A model generated the notes under the pieces. The model searched no databases and was not told where the DNA came from. It worked only from the letters and a program-made list of their open reading frames with translations. A stretch of 64,000 nucleotides of DNA from Planctomycetota bacterium (GTDB lineage Bacteria > Planctomycetota > UBA8742 > UBA2392), in the NCBI GenBank assembly GCA_019636195.1, contig JAHBYA010000005.1, forward strand, positions 174 through 64,173. The letters are read 5' to 3'. This document shows, in pieces, positions 25,190 through 34,376 of this stretch. The position numbers and the translations under genes were made by a program. Position 1 is the stretch's first letter. Every line of letters begins with the position of its first letter.

Positions 25190-28135
25190 GTGGCGCGGAT
25201 GGGTTCAGGTGCGAAAGTGCTGTTGGGGGCGGTCGCCGGCGTCGTCGTCGTGGCGCTGCTGCTGTTGCTGACCGCGACCGTGAAGGCGCCCGGCGAAGGC
25301 GGCAATGCTCCGCGCGTCAACCGGCCCGACCGGCCGAAGAACAAGCCTGTTGACCCCGTCCCGCAACCTGAGCCCGACCCGGAGCCTGAGCCGCCGCGCG
25401 ACCCGCTGCCCGGACCGCTGCTGGGCGTGATGGCTCGAGTGCGCGTGCTGCTGCCGGACCTTTCGCCGGCGGTCGGCGCAACCGTGAACTTGCGCGCGCT
25501 GGTTGACCGCCACGACTTGCCCTGGAGCCCCGAGCACGGCCCGCGCTGGGATGAGCGCGGCGAGGCCACCACCGACGCACAGGGCCGCGCCGAGCTTGAC
25601 GTCAGCCTGAAAACCGACAGCAACGGCACGCGGCTGGTGCAGGCTGGCGCCAGCCTTGAGGGCTGGGCGCTTTGCCGCTCCGTGCCCGCGATTGTAAGCA
25701 TTGCTGACCACTCGCCCCTGCTGACCATCATGTTGCGGCCGGCTGTGCAGGTCAGGCTTGAAGTGCACGGCGGCGGTGCGCCGGTCGCCGGCGCGCGGGT
25801 TCTTGTCGGAACACGAGACGGATCTGTCGCCGCGCGCGACGGCACGACCGGTGATGATGGCGCCTGGGCCGGCGAAATTGCAGACGAGGTCGAGCTACCG
25901 TGGGTGCTGGTGTGCGCGCCCGGGTTTGCCCACTGGCACAGGCAACTTGAAACCGCAGCGTTGCAGCGCATCGAGTTGACCACCACGGGCGGCATCGAGG
26001 GTCGCGTGGTTGACGCTGCCGGCAAGCCGGTGCCGTTCGCGCACGTGGCCGTCAGGGCGCTGAAGTCGTCAGGCAACAGTGAAGGGCCGTCCCCCGAACT
26101 GGTGCCTGTCGCCGATGGCTACGCGGCAGTAACGACCATGGCCGACGCGCGCGGGCGCTTTCTGGTAGAGCATGTGCGGCATGGCCCGGGTGACCACAGA
26201 GTGACTGTCGTTGCTTCCGGGTTCGCGCCCGAGTGGTTGGATCTGTTCGTTAACGCGGACGACATCGCCGATGCAGGACAGTTAACACTCAAGCGCGCCT
26301 TTGATCAGCCGTTGACGGTCAAAGACCCGCTGGGTCGCCCGGTGCGTGACGCGCGCATACGCCTGATGCCGCGCGCGCCGGAGCTGGCGGGCTGGGCGAT
26401 CGACCGCTTCGTGGCAAGTGCAGATGCCGCGGGCAAGGCGACGCTCGCCGGCGTGTGGCAAGGCGAATGGACGCTGAACGTGCATGCGGCCGGTTACGCC
26501 CGCTATCAGGCGGACTTCTCGCCCGGCGCCCCAGCCGAAATCCAGCTGGCAGCCGGTGGCGGCTTGACCGGCACGCTGCTGGACTGGAAGAAGCAACCCG
26601 TAGCCAGTGCGCTGGTGGTGATCGTTGGCGCCAAGGACACACGGTTCCTGAACTGGGGTGCAATCGCCAATATCGAGCAGTGGCACATCGACACCCCGCA
26701 CCCGCCGGTACGGGCGGGCAGCGACGGGCTGTTCCGGTTCGCCGACCTGCCCGTCGGCGAGTATGCGATGCTGGCAGTGGACAGCGAGCATCGCACAACT
26801 CTCGTGCGCGACGACATCGTGGTGCACCCCGGCGCGGTGATTGACCTTGGCCCGAACACCTTTCCCGCCCGCACCGACCTGCTGGTGCGCGTGCGCCGCG
26901 ACGGCAAGCCGCTGCCCCGCGTGGCGTTTGAGACCCCAAGCGGCGAAGTTCTGCGCACCGATGAGTACGGCCTGCTGCGCCTGACCAACCAGAAGCCCGG
27001 ACAATTGCTGCTGCGGCTGGAAGGCGAAACCCTGCTGCGTTACGACGCGCGATTCGCGGCGCGCCGGGTTACCGCGAGTGAAGGCGAATTGACCGACACC
27101 GTGCTGGAGCTGCCGGGCGCCGGCTTCGGCGCCATTCAGGGTGAGGTCAGCTTCGCCGGCCAGCCGCGTGCGGGACAGATTTCGCTGCGCGGCGCGCGCG
27201 CCGAGTACACCGCGATCGTGATGCGAGACGGCCGCTATTCGCTGCCGAGTGTCGCGGCAGGGGAGTACGAGGCCGAGGTTTCCCTTCTGGACGGCATGGT
27301 GGTCCGGCAGGCGCTGGAGATCAGTGAGGGTTCAGCAACTCTGGACATCGCCGTGGCGCCTGGCGTGGTGCGCGGCAGTGTCGGCAGGCAGGAGCGTTCC
27401 GGGCAGGTGCGCGCCATGAGCGTGGATGTGCCCGGCGCATGGATTGGCGCGGTAGTCGGCAGCGACGGGCAGTTCAGGTTTGAGTTGCCCCCCGGCCGCT
27501 GGAAGGTGCACGCGATGTGGCCCGGCGCCGCGGGCGTTGCGGAGGTGGTGGTTGCGGCGGGCAGCGAGTCAGTCGTTGAAATCGCGCTGGCGCCGGCGGG
27601 TGAGGCCGTGTTCCGGGTCGGCAAGCTGCTGCCCGCGAACTTCAGCGGCGCGTCAACCGCCCGCCTGATCTGCGCTGACGGCACGCCCTACCCCGGCCTG
27701 CTTGAGCTGGAGGGCAAGGCCGGCGCGGAGGCGCACTTTGCCTGCGTAATGCCCGGCGAGTACACGCTTGAAGTGCGCGGCGCCGCGTTACAGTACCTGC
27801 GCGGCATCACCATTGAGGCCGGCGCACTGAAAGAAGCGAGCCTTGAGCTGCAGGCGCCGGCAAGCCTTGAGATTGAACTTGCGGGTGCCGACGCTGAAGC
27901 GGTCGCGCAAGCGCTCGTGCGCATGACAGGGTTTGAAGGCGCGGCGGTCAAGCCGCCTGCCGGCCGCGGCGTGCCGGTACAGAAGGGCGAGCGGACACTT
28001 CTGGTTCCGGACATCATGCCCGACGTGCGCCAGGTGATCATTGAAGTCCCGGGCTTTGAGCCGGCCACGGTGGCCATCGACTTCAAGGCGGGCGCGGCCG
28101 TCACCACGCGCGTTGCCCTCAAGAAAGCGCCGTAG
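25190..28135 (+). CDS. Large exported protein with multiple carboxypeptidase-regulatory-like (Ig-like beta-sandwich) repeats
   Basis: 981 aa with an N-terminal TM/signal anchor and a Pro-rich linker (PQPEPDPEPEPP). It has recurring G-x-V-x-D-x-x-G-x-P-V..A.V modules, e.g. GRVVDAAGKPVPFAHV. Confidence 0.7.
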   Translation: MARMGSGAKVLLGAVAGVVVVALLLLLTATVKAPGEGGNAPRVNRPDRPKNKPVDPVPQPEPDPEPEPPRDPLPGPLLGVMARVRVLLPDLSPAVGATVNLRALVDRHDLPWSPEHGPRWDERGEATTDAQGRAELDVSLKTDSNGTRLVQAGASLEGWALCRSVPAIVSIADHSPLLTIMLRPAVQVRLEVHGGGAPVAGARVLVGTRDGSVAARDGTTGDDGAWAGEIADEVELPWVLVCAPGFAHWHRQLETAALQRIELTTTGGIEGRVVDAAGKPVPFAHVAVRALKSSGNSEGPSPELVPVADGYAAVTTMADARGRFLVEHVRHGPGDHRVTVVASGFAPEWLDLFVNADDIADAGQLTLKRAFDQPLTVKDPLGRPVRDARIRLMPRAPELAGWAIDRFVASADAAGKATLAGVWQGEWTLNVHAAGYARYQADFSPGAPAEIQLAAGGGLTGTLLDWKKQPVASALVVIVGAKDTRFLNWGAIANIEQWHIDTPHPPVRAGSDGLFRFADLPVGEYAMLAVDSEHRTTLVRDDIVVHPGAVIDLGPNTFPARTDLLVRVRRDGKPLPRVAFETPSGEVLRTDEYGLLRLTNQKPGQLLLRLEGETLLRYDARFAARRVTASEGELTDTVLELPGAGFGAIQGEVSFAGQPRAGQISLRGARAEYTAIVMRDGRYSLPSVAAGEYEAEVSLLDGMVVRQALEISEGSATLDIAVAPGVVRGSVGRQERSGQVRAMSVDVPGAWIGAVVGSDGQFRFELPPGRWKVHAMWPGAAGVAEVVVAAGSESVVEIALAPAGEAVFRVGKLLPANFSGASTARLICADGTPYPGLLELEGKAGAEAHFACVMPGEYTLEVRGAALQYLRGITIEAGALKEASLELQAPASLEIELAGADAEAVAQALVRMTGFEGAAVKPPAGRGVPVQKGERTLLVPDIMPDVRQVIIEVPGFEPATVAIDFKAGAAVTTRVALKKAP

Positions 28136-28153
28136 CAGCAAGCCGCGAATTGA

Positions 28154-28182
28154 AAAAGGACAGGCGCTGTGCGCCTGTCCTT
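28154..28182. terminator. Bidirectional rho-independent terminator
   Basis: AAAGGACAGGCGC, loop TGT, GCGCCTGTCCTTT (13-bp perfect stem). It is flanked by an A-run and a T-rich tract and lies between convergent genes. Confidence 0.8.
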
Positions 28183-28199
28183 TGCACTGTTTGCGGCAG

Positions 28200-29882
28200 C
28201 TATCTTGGGTCAACGTACAGCCGGATCGCATCTTCCTTGATGGTGTTGAAGCGCAGGTCCGTGCGGGCGTCGCGATACCACTCGTCGCCGAACAGGTTGC
28301 TGCCCAGGATCACGAGGTCCACGCCCGGCTGGACTTTGTCAACGACGCGGCAGCCCATCTGCTTGAGCAGTTCCGACATGCGTTCCTTGGTGTAGGCCTG
28401 GTTGGGGGCCTCGAACTCGCCGTGCAGGGCGATGGTCAGGAAGCGCCCGTTGTGCCACAGGTGACTGACAAGCTTGTCGCCCTTGCGCACAGGCTCTTTC
28501 TCGTTGGTAAGGGCAAGCACGGTGGCAAGGCTGTAGTGGGCTGACAGCGTGCGGATGATTTCGACCACGCCGATCAGCTCGTCGCGATCGCGGCCGTGGA
28601 TGCGCCATACTTCGAAGCGCTGGCCGGCCTTGACGCCGCTGGCGTGCCCGAGGTCAATGTGGCAGATGCCACGGCCGTAGTCGCTGTAGCTGACTTCGCC
28701 GTCGGGGTCGGCCTTGTCCATTTTCAGCGGCGTCTTGATGCGCGGCAGGCCGCGGATCATGTCCACAAACTTGCGGCCGTCGTCTTCGTGGTTGGTTTTT
28801 TCAGTTTCGAACTCGGCCTGCAGGCCCTCAATACGCGAGACGGCGGCGACGACCATGAAGTCAAGGCGCGTCTTGCGGCCCGAGGTCTCGGTGATTTCGG
28901 TTTCCACGGACTCGTTTACGTCGCGCAGGCGCTCCATGCTGATGTCGCGGCGCTGCGTCACGCCGGCCTTGATGCCGTCCACGATGTTGCGCACAGCCTG
29001 CATGCGCGCCTCTTCGCCCTGGAAGCCGACAACGATCGTCTTGGGCGTGCCGTCGGCCAGCGTGATCTGCGTGCTGCCGCTGACTTCGGCGTACAGCAGG
29101 TTGTACTGGTGGTGGTTGGCGGCAATCAGGTCACGCAGCAACTGCTGCTGGCGCCGGAAAATCAGTTCAAGGGTGATGCGCGTCGGCTTTTGCAGCACCT
29201 TGTCGGCGGGCTGGTAGTTCGGGTCCAGTGACCGCTCGAAAGCCGAAACGACGGCGGCGTCGTCGGGCTTGTACACAGTGCTGGTCGGGTCAACGTCGCC
29301 GGGGCGGCGCAGGTCGCCGGCAGCGGCGACAACGGCGGTGCCGCCGACGTCGATGGTCTGGACGGTGTAGTACTGCGTGGCCTTGTAGGCGAGGTAGCGG
29401 CGCACTTTCAGTTCGTAGTCGGCGATCCATTTGCGGGCGCTGGCGTACTCATAGACCATGCCTTCGCCGGGCGTGCCGCTGCCGTAAAACAGGCCTTCGG
29501 CGTCGATGTAGCGCTGCAGGATCGGGCTTTGCTTGTCGCGGGGCTTGGCGCGCTCTTCGCCGCCGACCAGCGGCGCCTTGGGCACGTTGTCAACGCGCGT
29601 CTTGTAGCCCATGGGGTCGCCCGCTTCAAAGCCGATGAAGGCCGCGGTGTTGTTCATCTCTGCGATCAGCGGCTCAAGCTGCTTGTGGTTTTCGGTCACG
29701 CGTTCAAGCAGGATCTTGGACTCGGACTGATAGGTCTGCACCTGGTGGAAGAAGAACATCCACACCACCGTTGCTACCAGCACGCAAGGCGTAAGGATGG
29801 CCGAGACGATCCAGTACCAGCTTGCCACACTTTGTTTCGTTGCCATGACTGCTCCCTTCAACCGTTTACGTTCCGACTGCAA
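28200..29882 (-). CDS. TM, coiled-coil, beta-domain, BRCT-like protein (paralog B)
   Basis: 560 aa with an N-terminal TM helix. The C-terminus ...GRFLTIALHGEF...YTKERMSELLKQMGCRVVDKVQPGVDLVILGSN... resembles the LigA-type BRCT pattern. It aligns by eye with the C-terminal ~170 aa of the upstream gene. Confidence 0.7.
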   Translation of the reverse strand: MQSERKRLKGAVMATKQSVASWYWIVSAILTPCVLVATVVWMFFFHQVQTYQSESKILLERVTENHKQLEPLIAEMNNTAAFIGFEAGDPMGYKTRVDNVPKAPLVGGEERAKPRDKQSPILQRYIDAEGLFYGSGTPGEGMVYEYASARKWIADYELKVRRYLAYKATQYYTVQTIDVGGTAVVAAAGDLRRPGDVDPTSTVYKPDDAAVVSAFERSLDPNYQPADKVLQKPTRITLELIFRRQQQLLRDLIAANHHQYNLLYAEVSGSTQITLADGTPKTIVVGFQGEEARMQAVRNIVDGIKAGVTQRRDISMERLRDVNESVETEITETSGRKTRLDFMVVAAVSRIEGLQAEFETEKTNHEDDGRKFVDMIRGLPRIKTPLKMDKADPDGEVSYSDYGRGICHIDLGHASGVKAGQRFEVWRIHGRDRDELIGVVEIIRTLSAHYSLATVLALTNEKEPVRKGDKLVSHLWHNGRFLTIALHGEFEAPNQAYTKERMSELLKQMGCRVVDKVQPGVDLVILGSNLFGDEWYRDARTDLRFNTIKEDAIRLYVDPR

Positions 29883-29892
29883 TGCGCGGGCA

Positions 29893-31311
29893 TCACCTTC
29901 GGTCCGGCCCGGTCAAGCCCAGGAAGTGAAGCACTTCTTCCTCGGGGTAGGTTTCAATGTTCAGGCGCAGCTCTTTGGCCTGTTGCCATTCGGGGTCGTC
30001 GCGCCAGTTGCCGCCGATGATCACGGCGTCCACAGTCTGGTCCACGCGGTCTGACACCTGGAAGCCCACGCGGCGCAGGATGTCAATCAGCTCCTGCCGC
30101 GTGTGCTTGGTGTAGCCGCGCCCGAATGTCCCCACCAGCGCCCAGCGCTGGTACTGGCGTGAAGTGAAGCTGCTGCTCTTGATCAGGTCGCCGGCCTTGG
30201 GGTACAGGCTGGGATCGTCCAGCGCGTCCACGCGGCAGCGGGCGATGTCGCCCCGCAGCAGTTCTTTGACGCGGATCTCACCGATCTGCAACTCGCTGTT
30301 GCGGCTGTTGTCAGGCCGCACGACCTGGAATGTCTGTTCAAGCTGCACGCCGCTGCGCTGGCCAATGCTGATCCAGACCCAGCCCGAGCGATCGTCCACC
30401 AGGAACACAAAGCCGTCCGGGTCGCGGCTGTCATCGCGGCGCCGCTTGTCGGCCTGAATGCGGTAGGCCTCCTGGCTTTCGACGGCGGAATGGCGGGCCT
30501 TGGCGGCCTCGCGCGACATGGCAAAGGCGCGTTCGCGGGTTTCACGCACAGTCTCGGAGTCAAGGCTGCGCAGCGCGTCGTTTTCTTCCACCAGGGCGCG
30601 GGCGAGGTCGTTTTCGCGATCGACCAGCTCTTCGTGGCGGCCCTTCATCTGCTCGTTGGCCGCTGCCATGGCGTTGTCGGCATCCCTGAACTGCTGCTGC
30701 GAGTCGCTGGTGCGGATGGCCGACTTGGCGTCGCGCAGCTCGCGCTGCTTTACGCGGTGGTCGCGCACGCGCGGGATGTGCTCTGTCACCAGCTTGTGGA
30801 TCACCTGGTCCTGGCGGCCGATTGCGCCCTCAAGCGTGCGCACTTCGCCTTCAATGTAAAGCCGCTTGCCGCTGCGGCTGGTGTTGCGGACCTGGCTTGC
30901 CGAGACCTTCTTTTCTTTCCATGAACCGTCTTCCTGCCGTTCCAGCACTGTGGCAGTGCCGCTTTCCGTACCCGAAAGCTGGCTTGAATCCTCGGCGGGA
31001 ACAGCCGGCACGTCGTAGAAGTCTGCAATCAGGCGCGTGCCGTCCTTGAGCATGCGATCGATCTGCGCCGGCGAGCTGTACTGCGCTTCGCCCTTGAAAC
31101 CGATGTGGGTGCACAACTCGGCGTAGCGGGCGCGCACGCTGTCAATCTCGGCCTGCTGGCGCGCGGGAATCTCGCGCAGGGCCGCGATGTACGTGCGCTC
31201 TTTTTGCGCCTTGTCGTAGGTCAGGAATGCCAGCACACCCATGGCCAGCAGAAACACGATCATCACGATCATGATGATCAAGTCCACCAGCCCGCGTCGC
31301 GAACTACGCAT
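29893..31311 (-). CDS. TM, coiled-coil, beta-domain, BRCT-like protein (paralog A)
   Basis: 472 aa with an N-terminal TM helix and a long charged coiled-coil region. The beta domain is GWVWISIGQRSGVQLEQTFQVV..IGEIRVKEL..KAGDLI. The BRCT-like tail is RWALVGTFGRGYTKHTRQELIDILRRVGFQVSDRVDQTVDAVIIGGN. Confidence 0.7.
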   Translation of the reverse strand: MRSSRRGLVDLIIMIVMIVFLLAMGVLAFLTYDKAQKERTYIAALREIPARQQAEIDSVRARYAELCTHIGFKGEAQYSSPAQIDRMLKDGTRLIADFYDVPAVPAEDSSQLSGTESGTATVLERQEDGSWKEKKVSASQVRNTSRSGKRLYIEGEVRTLEGAIGRQDQVIHKLVTEHIPRVRDHRVKQRELRDAKSAIRTSDSQQQFRDADNAMAAANEQMKGRHEELVDRENDLARALVEENDALRSLDSETVRETRERAFAMSREAAKARHSAVESQEAYRIQADKRRRDDSRDPDGFVFLVDDRSGWVWISIGQRSGVQLEQTFQVVRPDNSRNSELQIGEIRVKELLRGDIARCRVDALDDPSLYPKAGDLIKSSSFTSRQYQRWALVGTFGRGYTKHTRQELIDILRRVGFQVSDRVDQTVDAVIIGGNWRDDPEWQQAKELRLNIETYPEEEVLHFLGLTGPDRR

Positions 31312-31499
31312 GGATCACTCCGTGAAACGTACCCAAGGCGCAACCGCCAAGGCGGACGCCTGTTACGTTTCCTGTCGGGGGGAGGGCAAAAGCATACGGG
31401 CGGGCGGGGGTTTGGGCAATAATCCGGGTACAAAAACCTTGACACCGGTTTGTCATGGGCGATCGGGCGAATTTCGTACTGTGACCAACCGCTCGCGCC

Positions 31500-31598
31500 G
31501 GATTTTGGATTTTGGACTTTGGATTTCGGGATCGCGTGCGCATGGTATGCGGGCCGCTGCGGGATCGGATCGAAATCCAAACTTGCAAGTCCAGAATC
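31500..31598. repeat. Heptamer-repeat imperfect palindrome (copy C) immediately upstream of polA
   Basis: GGATTTT GGATTTT GGACTTT GGATTTC occupies 31500-31527. The 28-nt arm 31501-31528 matches the reverse complement of 31571-31598 at 22 of 28 positions, and the inner 11 bp are perfect (TTTGGATTTCG/CGAAATCCAAA). The loop is 42 nt. Confidence 0.75.
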
Positions 31599-34376
31599 GT
31601 GCCGAAATCTCTTTACATCATTGATGGTCACTCCCAGATTTTCCGGGCCTACTACTCGCCGGCTGCGCGGTCGCGCACTGTGCGCAGCAAGCCGATCGGG
31701 GCTGTGTACCTGTTTACACGCATGCTGCAAACGCTGGTCAAGCGCTATAGGCCCGACTTCCTGGTCTGCGTGATGGACCCCAAGGGCAAGACGTTCCGCA
31801 ATGACATTTATCCCGAGTACAAGGCCAACCGCGGCGAAATGCCTGAAGACCTGCGCGACCAGATGCCCGTCATCATCGACATGGTCAAGGCCTTCAACAT
31901 ACAGCTGATTATCCGCGACGGGTTTGAAGCCGACGACGTAATCGGCACCTTGGCCAAACAAGCCGCCCACCACAACATGGAAGTGCGCCTTGTCAGCAAG
32001 GACAAGGACCTGAAGCAACTGCTTGAGCCGCACATCAAGCTGCTCAACGCCGAAGACGGCGCCGAGTACGGCCTTGAGCAATTGAAGGAAGAACTGGGCG
32101 TCACCCCGGAGCAATTCATCGACATTCAGGCGTTGGCGGGCGACAGCGTGGACAACATTCCCGGCGCCAAGGGCATCGGTATCAAGACCGCCGCCGAGCT
32201 GATCAAACAGTACGGCACGCTGGACGAAGTGCTGAAGCACGCCGAAGAAATCAAGCAGCCCAAGCGCCGTGAAAACCTGATCGCCTTCAAACCTGAAGCG
32301 GCACTGAGCAAACAGCTGGTTCAAATCAAGACCGACGTGCCGGGCGTCAAGCTGGATCCCGAGCATGCCTCACTGAAAGAGCCCGTGAAAGAAGTCCTGC
32401 TGCCCATGCTGCAGGACCTCAACTTCAAGTCGGTAATGAAGGACTTCGGCTGGGACGAAATGGCCGGCACAGTCACAGCCGGCGAAGAAACGCAGGCCGA
32501 GAGCCCCGCCCGTAAGGGCGGGGCAGAAAAGCCCAGGCAAGCCAAGTCCACGGGCGCCCAAGCCAGCCTGTTCGGCGATGTCGCCCCCAAGCCCGACGTG
32601 CCCAAAGCCCTGCTGAGCGCAGACGCAGACGTTGAATACACACTGGTGGACGGCAAAGCCGCACTGGAAAAGCTGCTGAAGGCCAAAGCCAAGCGCTGGA
32701 GCATCCATTGCGCCGCCGAAAGCTATGACCAGCTTGCGGGCATCGCGGTCTGCACTGAGCCGGGCAAGGCCTGGTACATCCCCTGCGAAGGCAAGCTGGA
32801 CGAAGCGCTGGCAGCAAAGCTGCACGACGAAAAGCTGCCCAAGATCGGCCACGACCTCAAGGCCGACCTGCGGGCGCTGCTGCTGAGGGGCCACGATATC
32901 CGCGGCATTGAAAGCGACACGAAGCTGCTGGCGTTCCTGGTCGATCCGTCGCGCGAAGACGCCAAGCTGGCCAGCCTGAGCCGCGAGTTTCTGGGCCTGG
33001 ACGTCATCGACTGGGATAAGCTGTTCGGCGACAAGAAGGCCCGCAAGCCTTTGCATCAGCAGCCCGCGGAGCGAGTCATGCAGTACGCCTGCCAGTTCGC
33101 TGACTACGCCCTGCGTGTCAACGACGTGCTGGCCCCCCAAGTCAAAAAGCTGGGTCTGGAGCAACTTGCTACGGACCTTGAGTTTCCGCTGATCGAGGTG
33201 CTGGGCCGCATGGAGCACCGCGGCATCAAGATCGACAAGCCCTACCTCAAGACGCTCAGCGCCGACTTTGACAAAGAGATCCATACGCTTGAAAAGGCCT
33301 GCTACAAGCTGGCTGGGCGCGAGTTCACGCTGGGTTCGCCCAAGCAACTGGGCGAAGTGCTGTACGACGAACTGAAACTGCCCGAGCAGGGCAAGACCGC
33401 CAAGGGCACCGGCCGCAGCACCGATCAGGGCGCGCTGGAAGCGCTGGCGCCGCTGCATGAGCTGCCCGCCAAAGTGCTTGAATGGCGGCACCTGACCAAG
33501 CTCAAGTCAACCTACGTCGATCAACTGCCCGACCTGGCCGACGAGCACGGCCGCGTGCACACCACGTACCGGCAAACGGTCGCCACAGGCCGCCTTTCCA
33601 GCAAAGACCCCAACTTGCAGAACATTCCGGTGCGCACCGACACGGGCAAGAAAATCCGGCGCGCGTTCATTGCCGAAAAGGGCAACGTGCTGGTCAGCGC
33701 CGACTACAGCCAGATTGAGCTGCGCATTCTGGCCCACATCGCCGACGAAAAGCCGATGATTGAGGCCTTCAAGGCCGGCATCGACATTCACAAGGCCACC
33801 GCGGCGGGCATTTTCGGCGTCAGCGCCGACAAGGTGACCGGCGAGCAGCGCAACGTGGCCAAGACCGTGAACTATGCGGTACTCTACGGCCAAAGCGCGT
33901 TCGGGCTGAGCCAGGGGCTGGGCATTTCGCGCGGCGAAGCCAAAGAGTTCATCGACAACTACTTCAATGCCCATCCCAGGGTCGCCAAGCTGACCGACAA
34001 CGTGCTGGAGCAATGCCGCAAAGACGGCTATGTGACCACGCTGGCGGGGCGCAAACGCTTTTTGCCGGATATCGGCAGCAAAAACGTAATGGTACGCAAG
34101 CAAGCCGAGCGCCAGGCGTTCAATACAGTCTTGCAGGGCACAGCCGCAGACCTGATCAAGCAAGCCATGCTCGACGCGCACAACGAAATCGAAAAGAAAA
34201 AGCTACCGTACAAGATGCTGCTGCAAGTCCACGACGAACTGGTTTTCGAAACGCCCGAAAAAGAAGCCAAGGCGTGCGCCGAGTTCGCAAAGAAAGTCAT
34301 GGGCGACGCCATGAAACTGAAAGTCCCTCTCGAAGTAGATGCCGGGGCCGGCACAAACTGGCTGGAGGCAAAATGA
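31542..34376 (+). CDS. polA: DNA polymerase I
   Basis: The 5'-nuclease N-terminus is SLYIIDGHSQIFRAYY. Polymerase motifs are LVSADYSQIELRILAH, RNVAKTVNYAVLYG and LQVHDELVFE. The start is uncertain: ATG 31512, ATG 31542 or GTG 31599 (VPKSLYIIDG). Confidence 0.92.
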   Translation: MVCGPLRDRIEIQTCKSRIVPKSLYIIDGHSQIFRAYYSPAARSRTVRSKPIGAVYLFTRMLQTLVKRYRPDFLVCVMDPKGKTFRNDIYPEYKANRGEMPEDLRDQMPVIIDMVKAFNIQLIIRDGFEADDVIGTLAKQAAHHNMEVRLVSKDKDLKQLLEPHIKLLNAEDGAEYGLEQLKEELGVTPEQFIDIQALAGDSVDNIPGAKGIGIKTAAELIKQYGTLDEVLKHAEEIKQPKRRENLIAFKPEAALSKQLVQIKTDVPGVKLDPEHASLKEPVKEVLLPMLQDLNFKSVMKDFGWDEMAGTVTAGEETQAESPARKGGAEKPRQAKSTGAQASLFGDVAPKPDVPKALLSADADVEYTLVDGKAALEKLLKAKAKRWSIHCAAESYDQLAGIAVCTEPGKAWYIPCEGKLDEALAAKLHDEKLPKIGHDLKADLRALLLRGHDIRGIESDTKLLAFLVDPSREDAKLASLSREFLGLDVIDWDKLFGDKKARKPLHQQPAERVMQYACQFADYALRVNDVLAPQVKKLGLEQLATDLEFPLIEVLGRMEHRGIKIDKPYLKTLSADFDKEIHTLEKACYKLAGREFTLGSPKQLGEVLYDELKLPEQGKTAKGTGRSTDQGALEALAPLHELPAKVLEWRHLTKLKSTYVDQLPDLADEHGRVHTTYRQTVATGRLSSKDPNLQNIPVRTDTGKKIRRAFIAEKGNVLVSADYSQIELRILAHIADEKPMIEAFKAGIDIHKATAAGIFGVSADKVTGEQRNVAKTVNYAVLYGQSAFGLSQGLGISRGEAKEFIDNYFNAHPRVAKLTDNVLEQCRKDGYVTTLAGRKRFLPDIGSKNVMVRKQAERQAFNTVLQGTAADLIKQAMLDAHNEIEKKKLPYKMLLQVHDELVFETPEKEAKACAEFAKKVMGDAMKLKVPLEVDAGAGTNWLEAK

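Noticed and set aside
24151-26076. 641-aa minus-strand ORF, and similar long ORFs such as 41207..42856 (+), 58009..59451 (-), 11451..12827 (-), 3756..5330 (+), 13126..14052 (-) and 18615..19928 (+).
   Set aside because: They lie antisense to, or out of frame with, genes that have clear family motifs (GNAT, VWA, cytochrome, porin, MoxR, HtpX, DUF1549). Their composition is Arg/Ala/Gly/Pro-rich, which is typical of shadow ORFs in high-GC DNA.
31512-31598. 29-codon N-terminal extension of PolA (MDFGFRDRVRMVCGPLRDRIEIQTCKSRI).
   Set aside because: It coincides with the heptamer and palindromic element and has no resemblance to PolI N-termini, so it is probably leader RNA. It is kept only as an alternative start because no SD distinguishes the candidates.
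34013-34372. Upstream 120 codons of ORF 34013..35692, overlapping the end of polA in another frame.
   Set aside because: This part is Arg/Gly-rich shadow sequence over conserved PolA motifs. The ATG at 34373 gives a lipoprotein-type N-terminus and a 4-nt coupling overlap.
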